DNA from: Nitrososphaera sp.
GTDB taxonomy: Archaea > Thermoproteota > Nitrososphaeria > Nitrososphaerales > Nitrososphaeraceae
NCBI GenBank assembly: GCA_052038215.1
Contig: JBQGBZ010000063.1
Span: 1 to 60,690 of the forward strand
DNA: 60,690 nt
Reading direction: 5' to 3'
Position numbers and translations under genes: made by a program
Shown: positions 50,074 through 60,127 of the stretch, piece after piece
How positions within the stretch are numbered: position 1 is the stretch's first letter
Layout: each line of letters opens with the position of its first letter
Notes under the pieces: generated by a model
Databases searched by the model: none
What the model was told of the DNA's origin: nothing
The model's input: only the letters and a program-made list of their open reading frames with translations

Positions 50074-50682
50074 GTGGACCACTTCTCTTCTACTTTTCTT
50101 ACAGATCTAATCAGATCAACAATTGCACTCTTTGTAGTCATCGATCCAGTAGGAAATGTGCCCGTATTTATTGCACTTACACAAAAGATGGAAAAGACAG
50201 AAAGGGCATCTGTCACCAAGACTGCGATCGTAACTGCAGCGGGTTTGCTCTTTGTATTTGCGGTGGCTGGCACGCAGATATTATCCATTTTTAGCATCAC
50301 TATCTCCAGCTTTATGGTTGCTGGCGGCATCCTGCTTTTTATTGTATCAATTGAGCTTCTTACGCATGGGGAGTGGAGATTTGCAGGTGCAGGGACGCAG
50401 GGTGAATCAGGTGTTGTCCCCTTGGCGTTTCCCCTGCTTGCAGGGCCTGGCGCTATAACATCAGTCATAATCTCATTTCAGACTGCAGGTCTAATCGTAA
50501 CTGCTTTATCGATCATGATAGTGATAGGTGTAACATATATTGTATTGAGGTACACCGATAGGATTTACAGATTAATTGGAAGGAGAGGCTCGATCATCGT
50601 TACTAGGGTTTTTGCGGTGCTAATTGCAGCTATAGCTGTCCAATTCATAGTAGATGGAGCCAGGACACTCTTTCTTAGCTAG
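50074..50682 (+). CDS. MarC family membrane protein
   Basis: DPVGNVPVF, AGGILLF, VPLAFPLLAGPGAIT. Confidence 0.93.
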   Translation: MDHFSSTFLTDLIRSTIALFVVIDPVGNVPVFIALTQKMEKTERASVTKTAIVTAAGLLFVFAVAGTQILSIFSITISSFMVAGGILLFIVSIELLTHGEWRFAGAGTQGESGVVPLAFPLLAGPGAITSVIISFQTAGLIVTALSIMIVIGVTYIVLRYTDRIYRLIGRRGSIIVTRVFAVLIAAIAVQFIVDGARTLFLS

Positions 50683-50725
50683 AAAAAAGATTTGTTAATA
50701 TATTTAGCAATTAACTTCGTTAGCA

Positions 50726-52081
50726 TTGACAAAGCACGACGATAGTGGGGGATATATGGAAGAAACGCGTCCCAAGCTTCTATCAAAGTACAACATTTCG
50801 GTTGGCGATAGCATCAAGATTACTACCGATGATGGCGCAATAACTGGCCTATTGATGCCGCGCTATGAATCTGTTAGCGATGAGTATATTGTCATCAAAT
50901 TAAGAAGCGGATATAATACTGGAGTACATGCCGAAAAAATAAAATCCATAACAAAATTGTCAGACAAAGACAAAGGAGAAGCTGCCGCCTCTGTCATAAC
51001 CTCGGGAGCTTCTACTAACCAAAATTTGCCAAAGATTGCCTTGATAAGCACTGGTGGGACAATAGCAAGCAAGATAGATTATCGCACTGGCGGCGTGCAT
51101 GCAGCCCTTTCTGCTAATGAATTGTATGCATCGGTACCAGAGCTTGCGAATCATGCATCAATTGACCCTGAAGTGTTGATGAGCGAGTACAGCGAGAACC
51201 TTAGACCTGAACACTGGACAGTAATAGCAGAAAAAGTCGCAGAAAAAATCAAGACAGACAAGTACAGGGGCATCGTGATAACCCATGGAACTGATACTAT
51301 GCATTATACTGCAGCTGCTCTAAGCTTTGCGCTCCAGAACTTGCCGGTTCCAGTGGTGCTTGTCGGTGCACAGCGCTCATCTGATAGGCCGTCATCTGAC
51401 GCTGCCTTGAATTTGCTTGGTGCGACTATATTTGCAGCAGAGTCAAAATATGCCGGTGTATTTGTTGCAATGCATGCTGGCACTTCAGACGACATCATTG
51501 CATGCCATGTGGGGACAAGAGTAAGGAAGAATCACACAAGCAGAAGAGATGCTTTTGAATCAGTTGATATGAGCCCTGTAGCGCTTGTCAAGAGCAACAA
51601 AATAGAAATGCAGGAGAAAGACCAAAAGGGGCTGTTAGAAATATTCAGCGATAAGCCTTTTGAAGTAAAGACAAGATTTGAGGACAGGGTCATATTGCTG
51701 AAATACTATCCCGGCTTCGATCCTATACTCATTGAGCATGCGATTAATGTAAGGTACAGGGCTATAGTTTTTGAAGGAACAGGACTGGGGCATGTAGGCA
51801 AGCAGTGCTTTCCCGCTCTTAAAAAGGCTGTTGACGCAGGTCTCATTGTATGCATGACATCACAATGTGTTTGGGGACGTGTGAGGATGACGGTCTATGA
51901 TACTGGCAGAGACTTACTCGATATCGGCGTGATACCTCTATCTGATATGATTTCTGAGACTGCTACGGTCAAAGCAATGTGGGCGTTGGCAAATAGTGAA
52001 GATGCAGAAGCTGCCAAAAAAATAATGCAAGAAAACCTTGCAAAGGAAATTTCAGATATCATCCCGATACAGAATAAGTAA
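50726..52081 (+). CDS. gatD: Glu-tRNA(Gln) amidotransferase subunit D
   Basis: KLRSGYN, STGGTIAS..DYRTG, HGTDT, GAQRSSDRPSSD. Confidence 0.96.
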   Translation: MTKHDDSGGYMEETRPKLLSKYNISVGDSIKITTDDGAITGLLMPRYESVSDEYIVIKLRSGYNTGVHAEKIKSITKLSDKDKGEAAASVITSGASTNQNLPKIALISTGGTIASKIDYRTGGVHAALSANELYASVPELANHASIDPEVLMSEYSENLRPEHWTVIAEKVAEKIKTDKYRGIVITHGTDTMHYTAAALSFALQNLPVPVVLVGAQRSSDRPSSDAALNLLGATIFAAESKYAGVFVAMHAGTSDDIIACHVGTRVRKNHTSRRDAFESVDMSPVALVKSNKIEMQEKDQKGLLEIFSDKPFEVKTRFEDRVILLKYYPGFDPILIEHAINVRYRAIVFEGTGLGHVGKQCFPALKKAVDAGLIVCMTSQCVWGRVRMTVYDTGRDLLDIGVIPLSDMISETATVKAMWALANSEDAEAAKKIMQENLAKEISDIIPIQNK

Positions 52082-52205
52082 GATAGAGTTATCAACAAAG
52101 CAATCATTCCATCCTGAATGGAATACAAACCAGAGTGTTTTCATAAGGTGATGATAGAACATGACTTGCAAGGCTTAATACGTGTGTTAAGGAAACTTCT
52201 ATCCT

Positions 52206-54251
52206 GTGGCCTCTCCTCTACATCATGAACATTTGGACTTGAAGGTCGGATTTGAGATACATCAGCAGCTAGCCACAAAAAGAAAGCTGTTCTGCAGCTG
52301 CAGTTGCAAAGAAACAAAAGAATATGATAGTTCATTTGTGTTCGTACGCAAGCTACGGCCAACACAGAGTGAGCTTGGGGCATATGACCCTGCAGCTGTA
52401 TTTGAGTTTTCCAAAATGCATACCGTTGAATATCATGCACCCCCGGGTTCTAGCTGCCTTGTAGAGGCGGACGAGGAACCTCCACACGAGGTTGGGCCAG
52501 AAGCACTTGAAACTGCGCTGATATTTTCAAGTAAACTTCGTTCTAAGATCATGGATGAGATCCATGTCATGCGCAAAATAGTAATAGACGGGTCAAATAC
52601 CACTGGTTTTCAGCGCACAATGCTTGTCGCAACTGGAGGCTATCTGGATATTGCAGACAAGCGAGTCGGAGTTCAAAGCATCTGTCTTGAAGAAGATGCA
52701 GCTAAATTAATAGGGGATGAAAAGGGAGTGCGCAGGTTTGGCCTTGACAGGTTGGGCGTGCCACTTGTGGAAATTGCATTGGAGCCAGTAACAGGCAGAC
52801 CTAGCGAAATTATGGAGGTTGCTCTTACGCTAGGCAGACTCCTTCGTGCAAGCAAACGGGTTGCACGAGGACTTGGCAGCATCAGGCAGGACATTAACAT
52901 CTCAATACGTAATGGTGCTGTAGTGGAGGTCAAGGGTGTTCAGCAGCTCGACCAGTTGGTAAAGGTAATCGAGTATGAGATGCAAAGACAATACGGCTTA
53001 ATAGTAATCGCACAAAAATTGAAAGAAAAGAACATCGATTTCCAAAAAGTAGGTTACAGAATTGAAGATATCTCTAACATTCTTGGCAGAAACAGGGCGC
53101 CTTCAAGAATTATTAAAAAGATTATTGAAGACGGAGGACGGATCATAGCTATAAAGGTGCCAGGGTTTGCAGGCATGATCGGCTTTGAACCCTATGCTGA
53201 TATCAGACTTGGTAGAGAGCTAGGCAAGCTAGTTAAGTTTTATGACATCGATGGCGTCTTCCATTCAGATGAACTCCCAAATTATGGAATAACAGAGCAG
53301 GATGTGGCAGCAGTCAAGCAAACGCTGCAAATGAATGACAATGATGCTTTCGTTATATTAGGAGGTCCAAATGACAAAATCAAGTTCGCTTCTGAAGCTA
53401 TAATTCAACGGCTAAAAGCTGCAATTAATGGCGTTCCTGCTGAAACCCGCGCAGCAACCCCTGACGGCAAGACAGTGTTCTTAAGGCCAAGGCCGGGTTT
53501 AGCAAGGATGTACCCTGAGACAGACATACTCCCCATTGCGATCACTAAGTCAATACTTGAGCCGCTTGCAGACAAAGTGCCACTACATTGGGATGAAATT
53601 GTGGGTTCACTTGCTAAGAAATATAATCTCAATATAAAGATGGCAACTCAGATATTTGACTCCGACTACTTCAACCTGTTTGAGGAGATTGCAAGTGAGA
53701 CCAAGATAGAGCCGACATTTATCGCATCCAAGTTGACAGAAGATCTCACCAGCTTGCAAAGGCAAGGATTGGATATTTCTGTCTTGACAAATAATGATAT
53801 AAAAGATGTCTTTAAAGAGGTTGACAAGGGTTCTACACAAAAAGAAGCAGTAATCATGCTATTTGAAGCACTGATAAAGGCAGATAATCTACCAAAATGC
53901 GACAACTGCAAAATTGGGAAAATGCGGCCTGAGCTCGCAAATGCTACAGGTCAAGTTCGACCATACAAATGCGACAACTGCGGCAGGCGGAACATCGTGG
54001 CCAATGTCAATGAACGAGTAAATATAAATGAAGTCATTCGGGCGGTAGGCGTATCTTCAATAAGCGACGAGGAACTGAGCAAAGGACTTGACAGAGTAAT
54101 AAGCAACAACATGGCAATAATCAAAGAAAAAGGTATGAACGCGTTGAGTACACTCATGGGAAGGGCAATGGCAGAATACAGAGGCAAGGCCAACGGTCAA
54201 AAGGTAAATGCGATGCTGAAAGATAAGATGAGCAAGATGGTCAACAAGTAA
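52206..54251 (+). CDS. gatE: Glu-tRNA(Gln) amidotransferase subunit E
   Basis: GFEIHQQL, RKIVIDGSNTTGFQRT, LDRLGVPL.EI, IRQD.N.S, RPRPG.ARMYPETD. Confidence 0.96.
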   Translation: MASPLHHEHLDLKVGFEIHQQLATKRKLFCSCSCKETKEYDSSFVFVRKLRPTQSELGAYDPAAVFEFSKMHTVEYHAPPGSSCLVEADEEPPHEVGPEALETALIFSSKLRSKIMDEIHVMRKIVIDGSNTTGFQRTMLVATGGYLDIADKRVGVQSICLEEDAAKLIGDEKGVRRFGLDRLGVPLVEIALEPVTGRPSEIMEVALTLGRLLRASKRVARGLGSIRQDINISIRNGAVVEVKGVQQLDQLVKVIEYEMQRQYGLIVIAQKLKEKNIDFQKVGYRIEDISNILGRNRAPSRIIKKIIEDGGRIIAIKVPGFAGMIGFEPYADIRLGRELGKLVKFYDIDGVFHSDELPNYGITEQDVAAVKQTLQMNDNDAFVILGGPNDKIKFASEAIIQRLKAAINGVPAETRAATPDGKTVFLRPRPGLARMYPETDILPIAITKSILEPLADKVPLHWDEIVGSLAKKYNLNIKMATQIFDSDYFNLFEEIASETKIEPTFIASKLTEDLTSLQRQGLDISVLTNNDIKDVFKEVDKGSTQKEAVIMLFEALIKADNLPKCDNCKIGKMRPELANATGQVRPYKCDNCGRRNIVANVNERVNINEVIRAVGVSSISDEELSKGLDRVISNNMAIIKEKGMNALSTLMGRAMAEYRGKANGQKVNAMLKDKMSKMVNK

Positions 54252-54259
54252 GTAATAAA

Positions 54260-54583
54260 ATGTACAAACCCAAGTCTACTAGGGAAATTTATATTGAATC
54301 CCTTTCTATCAATTCTGCAAGCATAGAAAAGCAGCTTGCGGACGACTCAGTCTCAAGGGAAGAGATTAGGAGCATACTAGATTTTGTTTCAGACACATAT
54401 CTGAGAGATGTTGAGAGGATTGTCACAGAGTGTGACAAGGACATGACTGCTCTTGAGCATGTGCCAAGCCCTCTTAAGCTATTCGTTGACGGTCTTGCTC
54501 ATGCACGGAAATCTCTTAGCTTGTCATCACCAGCATGCAGACTAATCCAACGCTATACATCAGCATGGGAAGATTGGATGTAG
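54260..54583 (+). CDS. Hypothetical protein
   Basis: 107 aa, starts 8 nt after gatE, ends WEDWM. Confidence 0.7.
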   Translation: MYKPKSTREIYIESLSINSASIEKQLADDSVSREEIRSILDFVSDTYLRDVERIVTECDKDMTALEHVPSPLKLFVDGLAHARKSLSLSSPACRLIQRYTSAWEDWM

Positions 54584-54620
54584 CAGCTAGTCAGCAGAAA
54601 CTTCTTTTAATGTAAAAATC

Positions 54621-55256
54621 ATGTTATGCCCGTTGACAGGGAGATTTGTTGAAGAAAAGGCTGACTTTCATCCGAGGTCATGGCTGTCCAAGTATAGACG
54701 CACTTCAGTGGGCTACCTCACAAAGATGTTGTTATTTTACCATGGGATAGGCATTCTTTTACTTCTTGCAATTACTCCTTTGATTGAGCAGGTTCTTCCT
54801 GACTATGAGCAGCCGAGTATCCCAAGATCATTATTGTTAGTACTCGCCGCAGGACCATTAGAAGAAACAATATTTTTTGGCATCCCGTTCTACATTTTGG
54901 GAAACGCGTACTTTGTCCTGGCGACAGGACTTATCTGGGTTGGGATACATCTTTTTAATACAGATACGCTTTCCGTGAACAGCCTTGCGTTTGGCAACTT
55001 GGTCTTTGTACTCCCATCCCTATTTTTTAGCTTAAGGACATGGATTAGTGGCAAGGGGTGGTTCTCAGTGATTACACATTCTGCTTGGAATGGCATCTTC
55101 TTTTCTGCTGGCTGCTCTGCCGGTGAGTTTTCTTGCACAGTGATTGAGAGTGACATCAGCGCTACAGTGTCAACTATTGCATTATCAGGAGGATTACTTG
55201 GAGTAACGTATTTACTCTATAGAAGAAGAGAGAACAAAGAGTTCAAGCCAGAGTAA
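54621..55256 (+). CDS. CPBP/CAAX-family intramembrane metalloprotease
   Basis: GPLEETIFFG, W...H, HSAWN. Confidence 0.85.
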   Translation: MLCPLTGRFVEEKADFHPRSWLSKYRRTSVGYLTKMLLFYHGIGILLLLAITPLIEQVLPDYEQPSIPRSLLLVLAAGPLEETIFFGIPFYILGNAYFVLATGLIWVGIHLFNTDTLSVNSLAFGNLVFVLPSLFFSLRTWISGKGWFSVITHSAWNGIFFSAGCSAGEFSCTVIESDISATVSTIALSGGLLGVTYLLYRRRENKEFKPE

Positions 55257-55307
55257 TCTAACGAATTCAATATATAGCCCGCTATTTGTTTTACAAGCGA
55301 AAAGCTA

Positions 55308-55823
55308 ATGAGCCAAGCTGAGAATGATGTTAATGTTATTGTAACGATCGGCGATGTAAGAGTTGAGTTCAGCGGCTCTGCAGAGACCGTCACGACTTCT
55401 GTAATGAACTTTCTCCATAAACAGGTGCCTTCAATGGATCTTGCAAGAAAGATTCTACTAAACTACTCAGCGCAGGAGCTCATCGAAACATATTCCCCTG
55501 TCATCAAGATTACACCAGAGGGTCCTCGTGTAATTTTAAATGCGGATGTAAGGTTGTCTGATAAAGACATAGTAGCTCTCCAACTTGTAGCCGCTAGAAT
55601 TGCAAAAGACCTTGGCAAGATACAAGACAACTCTATGCAGGTGTCAGACATTCATGCTGCTACGGCACTCAATCCAAAGTCCATAAGCTCCAGAATATCA
55701 GAATTGGTCAAGGCCGGCCATGTTGCACGTGATGAAAAAGAGCCAAGCAAATACAGGATAACTACAGCAGGCATTAACTGGCTCAATTCTACGATAGCCA
55801 AGAAGATCAGGCCTGTGCAGTAG
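55308..55823 (+). CDS. Hypothetical protein with C-terminal winged HTH
   Basis: KSISSRISELVKAGHV....YRIT..G. Confidence 0.75.
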   Translation: MSQAENDVNVIVTIGDVRVEFSGSAETVTTSVMNFLHKQVPSMDLARKILLNYSAQELIETYSPVIKITPEGPRVILNADVRLSDKDIVALQLVAARIAKDLGKIQDNSMQVSDIHAATALNPKSISSRISELVKAGHVARDEKEPSKYRITTAGINWLNSTIAKKIRPVQ

Positions 55824-56313
55824 TGTCATTTGGTGGCCTTTTCTGAATATAGCGGTAATTCCTCATTGTCCCAATTCTTGTCAAGATGTTTTCTCGCACC
55901 ATATCTGTAAGTGAATGCGAAACTGCAGTCCTATCATAATTGTAGCCCCTCCTTGATAGCTCTTCATGTACTTCACCAAGAGACTTTTCACTAATAAAAT
56001 GCCCCTCGAGCCAGAGATTTTCCAATAGACCCCTACATGTTATACCACTCTTGGTTATCATCTTTTGCTGTTGCTGTTGCTGCTGACCCTCTAGTCCAAG
56101 TTCAGCGATGGGTCTGGCCTTTAAAGAATCTATTTCTCGCCTCAATGCATCGATCTGGTTCTGAACTTCTGGCTCTATCATCTTAACTGTATCAAGGCTC
56201 GAGAGTACGCTTTCAACTACTTGCTTAACCCTACTCTCAATGCACACGACCTCCACTTCCCATTCACCGTGCTTTAGCCTTATCTTGACTTCCTCAGCAC
56301 TGTGGCTGCTCAT
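55807..56313 (-). CDS. Hypothetical protein with C-terminal winged HTH
   Basis: EGHF..EKSL.EVHEELSRRGYNY..TAVSHSL..MVRE..L.R.G..R.YRY; start placed at MSSHSAEE. Confidence 0.78.
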   Translation of the reverse strand: MSSHSAEEVKIRLKHGEWEVEVVCIESRVKQVVESVLSSLDTVKMIEPEVQNQIDALRREIDSLKARPIAELGLEGQQQQQQQKMITKSGITCRGLLENLWLEGHFISEKSLGEVHEELSRRGYNYDRTAVSHSLTDMVRENILTRIGTMRNYRYIQKRPPNDTTAQA

Positions 56314-56396
56314 ATCTTTGCTTAAATATCCTTTCAGCCTGCTATTGATAAAGCTGTTGCTGACCATATTGATCATGTTGAGCAATATTAATATAC

Positions 56397-57446
56397 TTGT
56401 GCCCGCAGATATTGTTGATCAACATGATCAATCAAAAAGCCCTGTTTTCAGACAACATATTGAGTCTAAGGGATCTCGATATAGGGAAATCGGTGAGTAA
56501 GTGTCTTGCTCCCAAGCTTGATGTGCTGAAGGGAAAGAAAATTGTGTTTTGTTATGATGACAAGAAAATGATGCCAGTGGATGGATGGGGCATGAGGTCT
56601 AATCCCTATAGTGAGACAACGATAACTACCATTGGTCCGATCAAAGAGAATGCACTTGTTGCGGCTATTGACTCTAGCAGCATCAAGCTAGCTGAGACAG
56701 AAGATGGAAGCCTTTACGGTATTAAGTGTGGATTAGCTACAGCCTACGCTGGCCACACACTCATGCATTTCAAAATAGGCCCAGGGTTGTTCTATCTAAG
56801 CGAAAAGACAGTTCACGAATCGGAGCTGGAAGAGCGGCTCTCAAGGCTGGTGTTATTAGATGATGACCTCGCGAAGCGTCTAATAAGAGTACGTGTCGAG
56901 AGAGCTGTACAGAAAGAGATTGCTACTAACTTTACAAATTCAATAATATTAGTAGACGGCTCACTCAAAGCGTCGATCTTTGAAGAGAGAGACTGCCGTA
57001 TAAGTAAGATTTCAGAGAGCAGCGTTCTGCGCAAGAACATGCTTGTAGGGATTAGCAAGAGCACTAAGCTCAAGGCCTTAGACAGAGCGGCCGCTCCACT
57101 AACAAAGGTGCCAGGACCTGCCTACATTGAAGTTGAGGATATTATCAAAAGCTTGATCAGAAACACTATTGGGAGCAACCTAATGGTTAAGCTGGAAAAG
57201 GGCACAAGCAGTCCTATTTTGCGAGCAGACATTGTAGGCGATGTAAGGCAATCACTTGGCATGCTACTTGGAAATGATGTAGTAGCAGGTGGCTATCCCG
57301 AAACTCTCAGACTAGCACATCACATTTCAACATTCACAAGTACAGAGGTGACATGTCTCAGAAGTCACATACTGAACAACTATGATGTGACTGAGTTAGC
57401 TGCAGAGGACATACGCAGAACTCTATTGGGGTCGATATCAGTATGA
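56397..57446 (+). CDS. nurA: NurA-family nuclease
   Basis: AAIDSSS, ILVDGSL, VGISKS, GYPETLRLAH; start may be 56424. Confidence 0.85.
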   Translation: MCPQILLINMINQKALFSDNILSLRDLDIGKSVSKCLAPKLDVLKGKKIVFCYDDKKMMPVDGWGMRSNPYSETTITTIGPIKENALVAAIDSSSIKLAETEDGSLYGIKCGLATAYAGHTLMHFKIGPGLFYLSEKTVHESELEERLSRLVLLDDDLAKRLIRVRVERAVQKEIATNFTNSIILVDGSLKASIFEERDCRISKISESSVLRKNMLVGISKSTKLKALDRAAAPLTKVPGPAYIEVEDIIKSLIRNTIGSNLMVKLEKGTSSPILRADIVGDVRQSLGMLLGNDVVAGGYPETLRLAHHISTFTSTEVTCLRSHILNNYDVTELAAEDIRRTLLGSISV

Positions 57447-58882
57447 AGATATTGTCAAAGAATGGCAACGAACTGCTTTTGCTTGCCATGAAGGAAGATT
57501 CGGCTGCAAAGGGAGACTACTTGCTGATAGAAGACAGAAGCAAGAGCATGGTTGTACAAGTCTATGATGAAGAATATCTTTCATCTCAGGCCTTAATTGA
57601 AGATATTGTCAAAGAAGAGGTGGTCAACGCATCAAGCATGGAGAACCTACATGATCCACTTAACATTGGGAGCCTATCCCGATTGGTAAGAGATGCCAGA
57701 GTTTTTCGGACAAAGATAAGGGCATCAGTCAATGACGGTAAGCTATCTAGCGACGTAACTTGGCTTCCATCAAGAGTTGAGTCCAGAATAAGGAGGATTG
57801 CGATGAAGGAACTTTCGTCTTTGCTTGGAAGATATGGTGTCTTTGCGATCCCAATTGGCAGAGCAGGTCGTGAAGAAGAATTTGAAATTTATGCAGAAGA
57901 TCTGGATGGCAAGCTGAGTGTCATCACAGGCAAGAAAGAGTCGGGCAAGTCACACCTATCTAAGATGCTTATCAAGACACTGGTGCAATACGGCGCGTTT
58001 GTGATCGTATTTGATCTGAACAATGAGTACGGAGGCCTTGGATGGAGCTGCGACGGTGTCCCATCTTCAATTCATCAGCAAGTCAAGATACTCGAGCCGG
58101 GCAAAACACTTAGGTTTACTCTTAACTACTGCGGCAAAACAGCAATATCAGGAATGCTTAAAAACGCTCTCGACATGCCTGCTGCGTCTTTGCGGGAATT
58201 CTTGCGGATCTGGGATTGGTGCGAAAGCAAACAGTCGCTTTCAATAGATTCGATAGGTAATGCTGTCAACACCTGGAACATAAATGAGCTCGTAAGAGAT
58301 GCATTGGTATCCCGCTACCACGTCATCCAATCCTCACGACTATTCACCAACGGTGAAGGAAGCCTGCAATTTGAAGATTTAATTTCAGGCAAAAGCGGGG
58401 CGGCCATGATAATCAACATGGGCGAAATATCACCTACGGTACGCAGGATGGTCGTTGAGTTAGTATTGAGTAAAATTGTTGATCTGCTAGAGCACAAGAA
58501 AATCCCACCTATTTTCCTCTTTGCAGAAGAGGCCCACATCTACGTCCGCGATACATATTGGGAGGATATCATTACTCGAATGAGGCACTTTGGTATTTAT
58601 ACTACCTTTATCACGAACCAGCCAGATGCACTAAGTGATGGGATTTATCGACAAGTGGACAACATTTTTTTGTTTAACTTTACAAATGATAACGATTTAG
58701 ACAAAATATCCAAAGTATCATTGGCAGACAATGATACAATACGATCGATAGTAAGGACGCTCCCACAACGCCACTGTCTGGCCATAGGCAAGGCAGTGTG
58801 TGACCTACCTGTTGTGATCAAAGTTGCAGCAGCTGAGATATTGACACTTGGAGAAACCAAAAAATTTTTTACTAAAAAATAG
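57443..58882 (+). CDS. herA: HerA-family ATPase/helicase
   Basis: N-terminal HAS barrel, GKKESGKS, FDLNNEY, FAEEAH, R.RHFG, TNQP; ATGA overlap with nurA. Confidence 0.88.
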   Translation: MKILSKNGNELLLLAMKEDSAAKGDYLLIEDRSKSMVVQVYDEEYLSSQALIEDIVKEEVVNASSMENLHDPLNIGSLSRLVRDARVFRTKIRASVNDGKLSSDVTWLPSRVESRIRRIAMKELSSLLGRYGVFAIPIGRAGREEEFEIYAEDLDGKLSVITGKKESGKSHLSKMLIKTLVQYGAFVIVFDLNNEYGGLGWSCDGVPSSIHQQVKILEPGKTLRFTLNYCGKTAISGMLKNALDMPAASLREFLRIWDWCESKQSLSIDSIGNAVNTWNINELVRDALVSRYHVIQSSRLFTNGEGSLQFEDLISGKSGAAMIINMGEISPTVRRMVVELVLSKIVDLLEHKKIPPIFLFAEEAHIYVRDTYWEDIITRMRHFGIYTTFITNQPDALSDGIYRQVDNIFLFNFTNDNDLDKISKVSLADNDTIRSIVRTLPQRHCLAIGKAVCDLPVVIKVAAAEILTLGETKKFFTKK

Positions 58883-58883
58883 G

Positions 58884-59231
58884 TTATCCTATAGCAGTCT
58901 GACCACGCTTTCTTGTCCCGATATCAATTGCTTCATTGACATTAGAGACAAATATCTTACCATCGCCTGCGGAACCAGTGCTTGTAGTGTCGAGAATGGC
59001 TGTGATCACCTTCTCGACGTCAGGATCATCAACTACAGCCACAACATTAGCCCTAACTGAAAATTCAGCAGAGAGTCCTCTTGTCCCCCTAGCAGTATGC
59101 ACCTGGGGCTTTTCACCTTTCCCTCTCCCTTTAGCGTCAAGGATGGTCGCACCGCCTACACCAGCGTTCCTCAGAGCTTCATTCACAGCGCTGACCTTCT
59201 CTGCAGAAATGATGGCCTCTACACGTTTCAT
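58884..59231 (-). CDS. glnB: Nitrogen regulatory protein P-II
   Basis: MKRVEAII, GRG, TGSAGDGKIFV. Confidence 0.93.
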   Translation of the reverse strand: MKRVEAIISAEKVSAVNEALRNAGVGGATILDAKGRGKGEKPQVHTARGTRGLSAEFSVRANVVAVVDDPDVEKVITAILDTTSTGSAGDGKIFVSNVNEAIDIGTRKRGQTAIG

Positions 59232-59356
59232 GGCACGATGTAAATAGGGTTACGATATAAGGTTTTCAAATAATCAGGTTATCATAATTTAATATATCCA
59301 CAAATAGTGAGTGTAATGTAATTAACATAAAATTTACATAATCAATATGAAGCTGT

Positions 59357-59734
59357 ATGGCCAATACAGAATACTTTACCGCATGGTTCATAAAGATCTA
59401 CCTAAAATACAGGTTACTTGCATTGCAGGAAAAAGATAGGATCAAGAACCGAAGCAAACTTGACATAATATATGACATATTAGTATCTGCAACAGGTGGC
59501 GTCAAAAAGACGCATATTATGTCGCATGCAAACTTAAGCTCTGAACAGATGAATTATTACTTCAACACATTATTGTCACATAGCCTATTGAATGCGGAAA
59601 AAGACTCAGATGACAATTTAGTTTACAAAACAACACACAAGGGTGTTAGATTCCTTCACTGCTGTGCGCAAATCAAATCACTTATCGCACCAGTAGCGAA
59701 GGTAAGAATGCGAAGCGATTTACTCTTCCTTTAG
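59357..59734 (+). CDS. Winged-HTH transcriptional regulator (HTH_45-like)
   Basis: RSKLDIIYDIL...KTHIM..ANLS...Y.TT.KG..FL; start uncertain. Confidence 0.85.
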   Translation: MANTEYFTAWFIKIYLKYRLLALQEKDRIKNRSKLDIIYDILVSATGGVKKTHIMSHANLSSEQMNYYFNTLLSHSLLNAEKDSDDNLVYKTTHKGVRFLHCCAQIKSLIAPVAKVRMRSDLLFL

Positions 59735-59791
59735 AAGCAATAGAATTATCTTCGTATACCGTTAAACGAAATACTAGCCTACCTTTGAGCG

Positions 59792-60127
59792 ATGTCCTCC
59801 TATTATCCTACGCAGGAAGATGAGCTTCGAACAAAGGAAGCACAGGCAGAAACTATCAAACAAACACAAGAGGCCAAGTTTCTTTCCACGTTTCAGACAA
59901 TTCCAGTAAAAAATGTTAGAGGGTTATCGGAGATGGCAGAAGCAATAGTGAGAAATTTTAATCGGATAATGGAAGAGGCTCGTCAAGAGCCATACCAGCG
60001 GCAGGAAGACATTATGGCAGGCATGAAAAAGTTGTTGGAAGAGCAAATCAACGTAATTGAGGCGCGACGCGCCTATACGATAAAGATAAACCCATCAACT
60101 GCGTTAAACGAAGAAAAAAAGACTTAG
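59792..60127 (+). CDS. Hypothetical helical protein
   Basis: 111-aa ORF with coiled-coil composition. Confidence 0.65.
   Translation: MSSYYPTQEDELRTKEAQAETIKQTQEAKFLSTFQTIPVKNVRGLSEMAEAIVRNFNRIMEEARQEPYQRQEDIMAGMKKLLEEQINVIEARRAYTIKINPSTALNEEKKT

Noticed and set aside
1454-59247. Many short antisense or overlapping ORFs in the six-frame track
   Set aside because: They are shadows of well-supported genes on the other strand or in another frame.
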